From: Camelus ferus
Taxonomy: Eukaryota
Assembly (NCBI RefSeq): GCF_009834535.1
Contig: NC_045705.1
Coordinates: 66,030,001-66,094,000 of the forward strand
DNA length: 64,000 bases
Reading direction: 5' to 3'
Under the pieces are notes generated by a model. It had not been told where the DNA came from. It ran no database searches and worked only from the letters and a program-made list of their open reading frames with translations. The position numbers and the translations under genes were made by a program. Of this stretch, positions 1-11,507 are shown one piece after another (positions within the stretch are counted from its first letter, which is position 1; the number at the start of each line of letters is the position of its first letter).

Positions 1-1139
1 TCAGCTTAGCAGGTGAACTCAGGAACCCCCTCCCAGCGTTTCACCTCCCTCCAATTCCCTCCTGCTGGCCACTCTCCTTGGACACCAGAGTTTATCACAT
101 TGATTAAAGCAGATGTTCAAATAGTCCTCCAAACCGACCTATCCACAATTTTCATTTTCATTTTTTCCCACCAAATCAGCCTCCCCTTTTAAAAAGTGAT
201 ATGTCAGCAGTAAGCAAACATAACTCTGCCTACTGATTCTGGGCAAGAGGTGTTAACTGCCCTGTATCAGACTGGCTCTTTCCAGATCGAAAAGTAACTC
301 TTCCAAAAGAAGGTTTTATGGTTAAAATTAAACCACAGTCCAAAAGCTATTCGAACCTGGACTTTGGACAAATGCCAACGAGGACAGTCCTGGGCATCTT
401 TCTGAGAGAAAAGGAAAGACCCACTAAGAGGAAGAAATCTTCAATGATCATATAAAAAGATTAAGTAAAATGTTGGAGCCTGTTCAACCACCCTCCTTCA
501 GTTAGAAGGCACTTTTTAACAACATTAGGAAAGCGAAACTAGCTGTGGGTGGGGTGGAAATGCTGCCAGGTCATCCCGCCTGAAGAAAGCCAACAGTTGT
601 GCCTACATGACGGACGTGCCATGGTGGCACCACCGCACCACGCAGCCATGAGGACCACACTAGCATTTTTTGTGACTCCCGCCGGGGGCTATCCCAGTGT
701 TTTGGTGATCACTAGCTCCTCGCTTGAGGTGACTTGAGTCGCTGGCCCTGAGTTGTTATGTCGCGGCATGATTAAGAAACAATCATCTAGGAGAACACAG
801 ATGTACACATCAGTGTGTAAGAAAAGGCCCCAGGGTGCTGAGAGCTTGCTGGGTCGGGAGTCTCTGCGGGAGGGTGGGCAGGGAGGGGGCAGGAGGACAG
901 GACCCGGGGAGGCCCATGGAGGTGACTCTGAGGCCAGCCCAGCAGTGCCCTCCCCTGGGAGGCTGGGAGCACACCATCTGGGCCGGGTGGATACAGACCA
1001 GCCCAGCACGGGCAGGTCTTCTTCCAATCAAGTGCACAACTGCCCTCTATAGGGCAAAATGCTTTTCAGCTTTACCCAACAGCTGGCCAAAAGGAAACAT
1101 TAGCTATAACCCCGTCAGGTGGCATTAGGCAAGGCAGGA

Positions 1140-1250
1140 CCTTCTAAGCCTCAGCCTGTTTCCACATCTATAAAATGGGAGTGATGGTAACAGTATCTAT
1201 CCTTGCACACCTCCAAGGGTTGTTATCAGGAGGAAATGAGTGAAGTACCA
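1140..1250 (+). mobile_element. MIR SINE fragment (approximate boundaries)
   Basis: MIR core-like text CCTCAGCCTGTTTCCACATCTATAAAATGGGAGTGATGGTAACAGTATCTA...GGGTTGTTATCAGGAGGAAATGAG. Similar MIR/L2 fragments lie near 1540-1640, 2030-2500, 4460-4560, 6270-6390, 14290-14370 and 18510-18640. Confidence 0.65.
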
Positions 1251-1779
1251 CTGTTTTCTACCTTTTCCTGCCTTCCTACACTGCTCTGACATAATCCAGG
1301 CCACTTTCCTGGGGTGATCTTTCTCTCGAGCGTCTCTGAACCGAGAGCACAATTATAAAAACAATATAGTCATGTGATTCTAAGCTTTAATAGCTAGTGG
1401 CATCTCACTTCTAGAAGCTTTAATACTTTCACAAATGTTTTCAACATAATTTTCAAAGCATTTTATAAGCATTTATTATCATTTAAGTTAATTTTCTGAT
1501 AATTTATGTTCAGTCTCTAAATCCCCCACCAGATTATGAGTTCCCTAAATGCAGGGATGTGTGTGTCCTAGTATTTACCTAGAATAGTGCCTACTGCGCA
1601 GCAGACACGTGATAAATATCTGTTGAGTAAATGATGAATCATAGGAATTGGTGAAGGCCAATCAGAAACAGAACAGAAAGGGCACAGTCAGATATGGGGA
1701 AAATCTTTTTTCAAGAGTGGTAACATAGATTAATATTAAAAACGAAAGGCAGGGTGACGACAAAGTTTTGAGACTAAAC

Positions 1780-1890
1780 AGAGGTAGTGATTGCACAACA
1801 GTGTGAATGTACGAAATGCCACTGGATCGTACACTTTCAAATGGTTAATTATAGGTTATGTGAATTTCACCTTAATAATAAAAAAATGAA
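1780..1890 (+). mobile_element. L1M 3' end fragment
   Basis: GATTGCACAACAGTGTGAATGTAC...CACTTTCAAATGGTTAATTATAGGTTATGTGAATTTCACC followed by an A-rich tail, typical of L1MA/MB/MC 3' termini. Confidence 0.7.
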
Positions 1891-3566
1891 AGGACAGAAT
1901 TGTAATATAATAATTATGGTCCATGATGATTTAGACACTCTACAAAGACTTGATGAAGTCAATATAAAGAGAATGACTCTGATACAGTGCCTGATGGTTG
2001 GCATAAATTATTCATTTGTTCCTTGCCACAAGCCCATAGATTTTCAGAGGAGGAAACTGAGGAGCCTGGATGTCCAGGTCAGCGACTTCCTATTCTGCAG
2101 ACAGGCCAGGTGCACTCGCCACTGGGAGGCGCTGTCCCCACAGCTTCCTGCTTGAGATGGCCTTCTTTCAAACAGCTGCTTCTTAGCTCCTCTGAGCCCT
2201 GCTTGGAGAGTACCCTCATCAGAGAGGCCTTCCCCAACCACCTTCTCTAAAAGAGCAGCCTGCCTTCCCACCCTGTCATTCTTTCTCCCTTACCCTGCTT
2301 GGGGATTTTCCCACAAAATTCTTAGCTCATGTCACATATTGGCACAATTTTTCTGGCTCCTTCCACGACAGCATGAGCTCCAAGGGAACAGGGATATTTG
2401 TCAGTTTTGCTCTCCGTTATAATCCTGACTTCTGCAATAATGCCTGGCAAATAATAGGTGCTTAATAAACATCTGTCAAGTGAATGAATAAGTATTAGAA
2501 TTTTACCATGAACTTGGTTGGATCTTTTGGAGCCAAGGCTTTTAAAGGCCATACCACAAGAATGAAATTACAATGGGACTGAGATAAAACACCAGTTGTG
2601 TGAGTACTGTAACAAAGTGCCACCTGGTTCATGAATGAGTCCCTGAGTGCTCCTCTTGTCCCCAGGGACAGGGCACCTGTCTGTTGTATCCTTGGCTCCC
2701 AGCACAGTGCCAGCCACCTAGTATTGGGCACCTGTCTATATGATATCAGTAAGACACAAGGATTCTGGGAGGTACAGGTGAGGATGGAAGACCTGGGTGC
2801 AACACACATCCGGGTCCCACCCTAGGTGTGCACACGGGGTTGGGGAGCCCCTGAGGAGGAGGGGAAGGAGGAAGGAGAATGCGCTGAGCAGAGGTCAGAG
2901 TCCAAGGAACACCAGATTGTGGCCTTGCCAGCCCTGAGTACTCTGGGTAGAAAATGGCTCCCGAGACCAAAGCGATCTGCAATGCAAACCACGTGCCATC
3001 AGCCCTGGCCCTGCGGGGAGAGCTTACCTGGCTGGCCTCTTGAGAGTTGGGTCAGGGTAGGGCGGATGACCCTTAGGAGGTGGATGGTGAGCCTCTGAGA
3101 CCCACTGGCCTCCCAGAATAGTGCTCAGTGGCCTCTGAGAAACACATGGGCAGCAACACCCTTCCTCCAGGTCCTGCATCGGGCAGCCAGGCGTGGTGGG
3201 AAACTGCCTGGGGTCGCACAAAGGACACAGAACAGGGGTCAAACTCCTGAAGCTCTGGTGTCAGCTATTTCTTGCACCTGTTAGAACCTGTGTCTCTAAG
3301 TGCAGTTTACAAATTGCAAACAAACTCATACAAGCATATAATCCATCATTTGTCCAAACTGACTGCTGCCACGGTGACTGTCACATCTTAAATGAAACAA
3401 AACACTCAAAAGGGACAAATACCTATTTGCCATCCTGGGCTTCACGTTCTAACCTAATGGTACAGAAACCATGAAAACCATGTTTTTAAACTTTAGTAAA
3501 TCATAAGACTTTAAAAATAAGTTCTAAAACTGAATTTCTGCAGATACTTCCAAGCTACCTATGCTA

Positions 3567-3608
3567 GCGCGCACACACGCACACACACATGCATACACGC
3601 ACATATAT
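3567..3608. repeat. Alternating purine-pyrimidine (CG/CA/TA) microsatellite
   Basis: GCGCGCACACACGCACACACACATGCATACACGCACATATAT read directly. Confidence 0.85.
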
Positions 3609-6600
3609 TTTCTCTAGAAGCTTCCTTGTAATACGTCCAAAGTACACAGTTCAAAATTCAAGCAAATTATTAATTACAAAACAAATTAAACAGAAAAAAA
3701 AAATCACATCATGATTTGTAGAGCGGCCGCTGCTTTCGCTGTTTCCCATGGTACAATCGCTATTTCATTTTAACTGGTGCGGGTTTCAGGAACTACGACC
3801 GTTCAGCTTGGCCTGCACCGCCTCTGTGTAACCCTCTTCCCTGTGGGCTCTCAAGCACCAGTGGGTATTTGGTTATTCTCAATTCCCACAGCATGAAATA
3901 AAAAAAAAACAAACAAAGCAAAACACATGATTGTTTTTATCTCTTGTTCCCTAACATTCCAAAAGAGTATTTGGCCATCAGTGGAGGCCTGGGCTTCACG
4001 TGAGATCAAACGCAGCAGCACAGCCTGGCATCAGAATGGACAGGCAAACTCAGGCACCTGCAAAGGGACCCAGGCAGGCTGGCGGGCTCTGGCCAACTGG
4101 GGAGCCAGGCCCCAGCAGAAGGGGATGCAGACAGGCAGCAAGGGTGGCTGTATGGGCCCAGTGTGGCCAGATCTTCTTACTTTTCAAGAAAAACCAGAAA
4201 CCCAGGTTTTATTATAAACTCTAGACTTTTAAACATTAGCAATTAGTTTTAAAAACTGCTTTAAGAATATACTGCACGTCTGTGGCCGGATGCAGTGCTT
4301 AGGCAGCCTGTTTGTGAATCTGGGGAGCAGTAGGTGGTTCCAGTGGGTTCCAGCCTGAATCTGCTGCTCATTAACTGCTTCTTACGGTGGTCGCTTCACC
4401 TCCCTCCTTTGGGTTCGGATCCTAACTACTACCACAGCGTACGTGCCTGTCACTCTGACTGACCCCTCTCGGCCCCAGCTTCCTCATCTATAAAATGCAG
4501 ATAACAGTACAACCCCTCTAACATGGATCTTATGGGATTAAATGAGATACTGCAGGCAAAGCTCCCACCTGCAAAGTAAGGTGACAGATACCAGCTATTA
4601 GCAGCTGTAAGCCTGGTGCCTCCCTCCTCACCATCCATTCACAATTAATCAGCAAATCCTGTTAAATAAGTTTTCTAAAACTGTCTCCAACCTGTCCTCC
4701 TGTTTTCATCCCCACTCTCTCTGCCTTCGTTCATAGCCTCATCCTCTCAGCCCTGAACTGTGCATAACAGTGATCTAATAAACACGCCCCCTTCTTATTG
4801 AGCACCTACTCTGTGCCGAGCACCTACTTAGTGCCCACTTTGACCCACCCTCATGCTGCACCCAGTTGATTCCACCTCTTGGCTTGGCAAGTTATGTAAG
4901 CAAGGATCTGATGACGTCATTCTCCCTGTCAGCTACAGAACAAAGGTTAACTGCCTTAATCCTGCATTCAATGCTGGCCCCAGGCTCTCCTCCAGTTCAT
5001 ACCCTACCTACAGAGGGTGGCTATAACCCTCTCCCTGCTCCAGCCACACCCAAGTACTTTTCTTGCCTTTTCCTGAATAAGCCACATGGTTCCTGGTCCT
5101 CATACATCAGCAACACTATTCTTTCTGCTTAGAATGTTTGTTTGTCCTGTCCTCACCCAGTGTCAACCCCTTCTCACCCTTCTAAGTCCAGCCCCAAACG
5201 GTCATCTCCACCACAAAGCCTTCTCCGATCATGGCCCCAACCAGGCCCCACAGTCGCGCCCTCCCGCCTCTGCATTTCCCACCACACTTAGTACATAGGC
5301 CCTTCAAACCCATCTCACAATGCATGGTAACTGACACTGAGACACCTGTCTCAACAGGAGACAGGAAGCCAAGGGCCAGAAGCGGATGCCTTATATTTGT
5401 CACACTCCCAGTTAGCACAGAGTGAGTGTTCAGCGTCGGCTGAATGAATTCAGGGGACCAAGTGGGCATTTGAACAAAAGCCAAACAATAATGTCACTTT
5501 TAATATAACCTCTTGTTAGAAACAGGGATCTTTGGGAATATGCAAAGAAAGAATAATAAAACTACTTAAAATCACTCAGGAGCCCTAGATTCCCCAAAAT
5601 GTGTACATCTGGTTAATTTTAGTAAAAAATGGTATTTTATATATATATGAAGTTCCAGCTACCCAGATGATTGAAAATATCTGCACTTACAAGCTGGTGT
5701 CACGGTTTCTTGATCTTTGTGTTTTCTTTCTGTGGTCTCAGTGGAATGCATCTGATACTCCAGGAGAAAGTGTAATCCAGCCGAAGAGCAAGTCTGATTA
5801 TTTGGTTCACAATTTATATACTGTGCAGCGCAATCTGAGAGGCCCACACCACTGAAAACGGCCCGTCTTGACCTCATGCCCGTGAGGGCCTCTCATAAGA
5901 GAGGCAACCATTTCTCGGTACTCAGATAATCATCAGAGGAGGCCAGAAGTGGATGATCTCGGGAAGGCAGAGATCTGGGAAAGAAAATAAACATCACTGT
6001 TTTTTGGCATTTACATTCTGGAAAACTTGCCTCTGAAGCGCACATTCAACAAGCATTCACTGAATGAATGGAAGGGTTGTTCCACAGCCTCACTCCCCAC
6101 CCCCCAGGGCTGATGGCCGACCTCGCTTTGGCAGGCTAGGAAAGCGAGTTGTGGGGCTTGGCTAGTAAGAACAGAGGCAATTCAGCAAAGCGGTTTCCAG
6201 TGCAGGTCTGGGATCAGGCTGCCTGTGCTCAGAGCCCCGGCAGTTTCTACCTGGCAGATCTCATGGAGTAACAGTTCCTATCTCAGAGAGGTGTTGGAAG
6301 GAATAAATGATAGAGGACATATAAAGCGCTTAGCATGGTGCCCACGAAGTTATTCTGGTGGTTACAAGAATTCAGTACACGTTAGTCATCATCCTTGGTT
6401 AAAAAGATCCTACTGCTAGCATTGAGCCTTCTGTAGCTTATCTTTAAGACTCTGCCCACACCCAATATCTCTATTTTATTGTCTTAACTATGAGATCGGA
6501 GTTCCTAGAGAATGGAAGAAGGGAGCAAACTGTAAACTTCTGACCGATGAATAAGCCGAAACATTGGAGACAGGAAGAAAAAAGGCCACATGCACAGAAC

Positions 6601-7659
6601 ACCTGGTCGCGTACAGTGGCTCAGGCATGAAACAGATTTGGACTCTCGATGGCCGTGCTGGAAGGGAGATAACAAAGGGGCCTGCCTACAGACTGCTGGG
6701 GAAATGCTATACCTAGACAAGCTTAGACAAGCGCGGAATAAGGCATTTTCAGGCATTTGAGGCTTCGAACAACGTGAGATACGCTAAGGAACAGAGTAAA
6801 TTGTTCCCGCCATTTCTCAATAGATGTTAAATAGTATTGAGACAGGTAAAGTCATTGAATGTGAAGGACTGAGTCACACCACAGATACCTGCTGAGGGTC
6901 TACGAGGTGTGGGTTAGACAGCGGACTAGACCACGTAACCCAACAGATACACACTGATCCCTCACAGAGCCTACATTCTAGTGAGGAGAGAGAGACAGTA
7001 AACAACGACAGAAGGGAAACTCTGAGTCACAGGTTGATGAAGGTTCCAGAGAAAGGAACTGGGACCTAAAGACCCAATTCTGAGTATACAAGGACTGCGG
7101 GAGAGAGAACTGGTTATATGACATCATCTGGACACAAACAGATAAATCCAGAATGCTGACCTTTGAGAAGAAAACAGGTCAGGATTCGTTAAAAAGTAAA
7201 AGTTGTTAAAAACAAAATAACAGGGAGATTAATGTAGAATTAAAAATCCCATTCAATGTACAAGCCCTTGATTAGATCCTGGGCCAAGGGAAAAAAAGTT
7301 AAAAAAGATATTCTGGCGACAAGGAAGGACATTTGAATATAGATGGAAAGTTAGGTGATGTTAGGGAATTATTCTTAAATTTTAATTTATTAAATTAAAA
7401 AATTTTTAATTTACTTAGGTATTGTGGATATGTAAGAGAATGTCTTTATTCTTAGGAGCTATGTACTGAAATAGATAAAGCAAATAGGGCAAACTGGTAT
7501 CAACTGTTGAATCTAGAAGAGAATATTTAGTTGCTTATTGCACTAATCTTTCAACTTTTCTGTATATATGAAAATATCCAAAACAAAAAGCTGGATAAAA
7601 AGAAAAGGGGAAGAAATAAGCATAGATGACTTTTTGGAGGAATTCTACTGTAAAGGGAG

Positions 7660-8147
7660 TGTATTAATTTCCTAGAGATGCTGTAACAAGTTACTACAAG
7701 CTGGATGGCTTAAAAGCACAGAAATTTCTTCTCTCACAGTTCTGGAAACCAGAAGTCTTCAAATCAAGATATTGGCAGAGGCCACACTCCCTGCAGAGGT
7801 TCTAGGGAAGAAGTCATTCTTTGCCCTTCCAACCTCTGGTGGCTATTAACATTCCTTCACTTGTGGCTGCATCACCCCTGTTTCTGCCTCCGAGGTCACA
7901 CTGCCTCCTCCGCTTCTGTGGGTGTCTGATCTCCTTCTGTCTCTCTCTTATAAGGACACTTGTGGTGGCATATCAGGCTCACTCCGATAATACAGAATAA
8001 ACTCCTCCTCTCAAGATCTTTAACCTAAGCCCATCTTTCACTCTAGAAGGTAACATTCACTCTTACATCACGTGGGTGATACCCACAGGTTCCCGGGATT
8101 AGGAAGTAAATATGTATCTTTGAGGGGCCACTTTTGTGCCTAACACA
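7660..8147 (-). mobile_element. Solo MaLR LTR (MLT1-type)
   Basis: TG...CA termini. The reverse complement follows the MLT1 layout (TGTGTTAGG...GGCCCCTCAAAGATAC...CCTAATCCCGGGAACCTGTG...GTCCTTATAAGAGAGAG...AAATTTCTGTGCTTTTAAGCC...GGAAATTAATACA). 5-bp target-site duplication GGGAG at 7655-7659 and 8148-8152. Confidence 0.9.
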
Positions 8148-8269
8148 GGGAGGAAGAAAAATGGTCATAGCTAGAGGGGAATGTGGGGCCAGGAGAGGTT
8201 GGTTGTTTGTTTTAAGATGAGAGAAGTGACAACATGTCTACAATAACTGATTTGGGACAGTTTGTGGCA

Positions 8270-10330
8270 CACTGCAGTAGCAGTACAATAGCAGTTTATC
8301 TGTCCATTGTGTTAGCGACCGGAATGCAGGAAAACCCGTAAAGAAAATAGCAAAGTACCCTCAGGAAGAAAATCAGGGTTATTCTTTGAGCATTCAGTTA
8401 AGAACAATGAAAAGGTAATGGAGGAAGGAGACTTTTTGTCAAACTCAGCAGATTGAACAAATATATACATTTAATTCCAAACACCACCAAGATGAAGATA
8501 AAGGAATACATTTGGTGTAAAACTGTAAAAACAAAGAGGGCAGGAGAGCAGATGACAGTGGATCAGAGGGGTGAGCAAACTTTTGGAGTTGGAGGGGGAA
8601 CCACCTTAGCAGAGTGCAGGATGCTGGGATTTAATGCTCAAATTGGGGGATATAAACAAGAAAAGTTTATATTCTCACTCTACTTGTCCCTCCACCAAAG
8701 TTCAGGACCTGGATGGGCCAGATACCTCAGGTAAAAGGAGAAAGGCATGGAGCTGAGAACAGGGAAATGTTTACAAGACTGTATATAAAGCAGTTAAACT
8801 CATAAATCCCCTCTCCAACCCTTATTAGCCTAGCATTGGCCCCTTGTGGGGTATCAGAGGGTTATTCTCTGGAGAAACTGAATTTGCAAAGCATCGACTC
8901 AGGGACACCAGGCACGGCTGAGACTAGTGGTGAGCACTGAGCTGAAAACAAAAGGGCTGGGTGAAAATATATCTGCTGGGTGTGGGACCCACAACCCTAT
9001 TCCCCTGCCCTGCAGCCAGGATGTCAGCACTGGTGGCCATGCACATACTCCCCAGATAAGAGACTGGAGAATTCTTCTCTGGAGAAACTGAATAGTCCCA
9101 GCAATGTGATGTACAGATTCTGACATTTGAAGGTACCAAAAAACAAAAACAAAAACCCTGCTGCTCCATGTTAGAATGAAGCCCATCAATTAAAAAGCCC
9201 CATCTGTGCACACAGAGTTCCCAGTTAGTTCTGCCTAGCATCCTGTTCTTAAATATAAATAGACAAAGATCAAACATTTGAGAAAAACCTCCAACAACAA
9301 CACACATACACACACCCGAAAGGAGGGAGGGGAATTCAGAGGAAATAGTGAAAAACAGTGAAGACTTAAAAACAGGAAAATCCCTCAGAGATCTAAGAGA
9401 ACAGGTATAAGAAACAAAAGCAGAAATGTCATGTGTAAAAGAAAAGAAGCAATCAAGCAAACAAGAGAGTTAAAACGGAAAATCCAGTAGAAAGGACAAG
9501 AAGATAAAATTAAAATTTTCTATCCAGAGAGTAGAACAAAAATAGAAGGACAAAAGTAGAAAAAAAGTTAAAAGCTATAATTCAGGCTCCAATATCCAAT
9601 CACAGAAGCACTTGGAAGTTAGCAGAGCGTGGGAGCAATGCCTTTGAAATTCTAAGGGAAAAACATTGCCAACCTAGAATCCCATACCCAGTTAAACTAT
9701 CAGTCATATATGAGAGAAGAATCAATATTTTCAGACAGATAAGGTATCACAAAGTTTACCTCCCACAGTCATTTTCTCTGGAAGCTATTAGATGATGTGG
9801 CTGACCAAAATGAGGCTACAGAACAACAGAAAAGGAAGGTCTAAGATCCAGGCAGTAGGAGATCCAACACAGAGAAACAGAGAGAAGTGTTGTGAAGCTC
9901 AGGAAAGCAGCTCTGGAGCAAGCCTAGAATGCAGCCGCTCTCCCATCAGCCCCAGAGGACAAAGGGCTCCAAAAAGGAAATTGCCAGCGTGAAAAAATGG
10001 AATTGATACATCTGTTAGATTTGATTATACGAACAAAAATATAGCATGGGGTTTACTGACCTTTTGAAGGCTAGGGAATATTAGGAAAGGGTGTGTAGAA
10101 AACTAAACAATTAAAAAACACGAGGCTATTAGAAATGTGTTATGATACAATATTATGAAGTTTCTACCCTTTAGAAATTTTAGAGAATTTAAAAAGCATG
10201 TGGAGGAGAAAGGGTGAAGTATTCCTTTCATCTTACATATCCATGACTGCTTTTCACCACCTTTTAGATCCCTACCCAAGAGACAAACAGGATTGAAGAG
10301 CCTACGTCTTGATACTGATGTCTTGACCAT
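8270..10330 (+). mobile_element. Old L1M 5' region: 5'UTR, degenerate ORF1 and start of inter-ORF spacer (approximate boundaries)
   Basis: ORF1 C-terminal signature GCAATGCCTTTGAAATTCTAAGGGAAAAACATTGCCAACCTAGAATCCCATACCCAGTTAAACTATCA at ~9635-9705. A 19-bp direct repeat TTCTCTGGAGAAACTGAAT (8865-8883, 9075-9093) lies in the UTR-like part. A-rich + strand, no intact frame. Confidence 0.7.
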
Positions 10331-10460
10331 AGGTACTTAGGGAGTCCCCTCTCTTCCTGGGGAAGAGAGTGGCTGATGGATGACATGTGAAAGCCCCAAA
10401 GGAGACAGACACAGGGGAAAAGTCCATGCGATCAGATGAATAATTAAAAGTCAACGATGA

Positions 10461-10584
10461 GGGGGGAGGGTATAAGTCAAGTGGAAGAGCACATGCTTAG
10501 CATGCATGAGGTCCTGAGTTCAATCCCCGCTACCTCCTCTTAAAAAAAAAATAATAGACCTAATTACTTACCCCCACCAAAAAC
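10461..10584 (+). mobile_element. tRNA-derived SINE (camelid-type)
   Basis: GGGGAGGGTATAAGTCAAGTGGAAGAGCAC (A box), GAGTTCAATCCC (B box), A tail. 15-bp TSD AAAAGTCAA(C/A)GATGA at 10446-10460 and 10585-10599. Confidence 0.9.
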
Positions 10585-11507
10585 AAAAGTCAAAGATGAA
10601 AGCAATAATAATAATACAAAATAATTGAGACAATGCCAAAGCAAGTCCTAGCAATTCAAACGTGATATGGAGAGAAGGGCAATTTGCAGGAATGGTGATC
10701 ATGGTGAAGTGATCAAAACAGTGCAGCCCAGCAATGATTCTGGACACAATTTGGGGGCTAGTTAGAGGGAAGAGCAGTGAGGATAGGCCTGGTCCAGATA
10801 TACAGGGCCCTGTGAGAGGCCTGTCCCATTAGATTGTAAAATCAGCTACGCGGGAGAAGTGGGTACAGACATAGTGAAGGAAAAACTTTAAAATCCAACA
10901 AACATAATCACTGTTATGGGATTTGGCTTCTTACTTTTTTCTTCACTTCTTTATTTTCTTATCTCTGCTCTGGCTTTTGTCACTTCGGAGCTCCTCATTT
11001 TTCTTTCAGACCCTCTTTCAGAAATTGTGTTCGTTTACTCCAGCCTGCATCTTCTTTCACAACCTTCATTCTCTATCCTTATCTGGCTGTAACTTCCCAT
11101 TTTTCTCCCTATGCATTCTCCTACATCTCATAAACCCCATCATATGTTAAACTACATTCTTCTAGCCCATCCTAAATCCATTTCTCAAACCTTTCTCGAC
11201 AAGCTCCTCAGTCACAGCTCTTCTCCAAGAAACCAACATCCACTTTTCCTCTATCAACACACTAATAAATCTTCTCTTTCTTTTCACAATGTTCCATTTC
11301 ACTCTTTATCACTCTTCTTCACTTCCTTTGGTCCTGCTCTGTCTGCCTTCATTCCCAGTAACAATTCTCTTAAGCTCAGATGCTCTCCCTTCTCTCTCAT
11401 ATTTACCTTTTCCGGGTCAATAATGTTCTGCTTGGCTCTAATTTCTCCTTTTTGACTTGGCAATACTTCCCCTAGCTGCTTCTCTTTCCTTCTTTAGCTT
11501 AAATCCT

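Noticed and set aside
4386-4421. Possible 36-nt minus-strand microexon (AG...GTAAG)
   Set aside because: No polypyrimidine tract, and joining it to the 5691 donor creates an immediate stop.
5893-5895. In-frame TGA as possible selenocysteine
   Set aside because: No SECIS-like element identified and no redox motif context. A simple nonsense codon or non-coding status is far more likely.
8924-9460. 178-aa minus-strand ORF
   Set aside because: Antisense to an L1M relic, and includes simple repeats.
10461-10540. tRNA-like sequences (also at 15352, ~45960 and ~54600)
   Set aside because: They have A tails and TSDs and lack a complete cloverleaf, so they are SINEs rather than tRNA genes.
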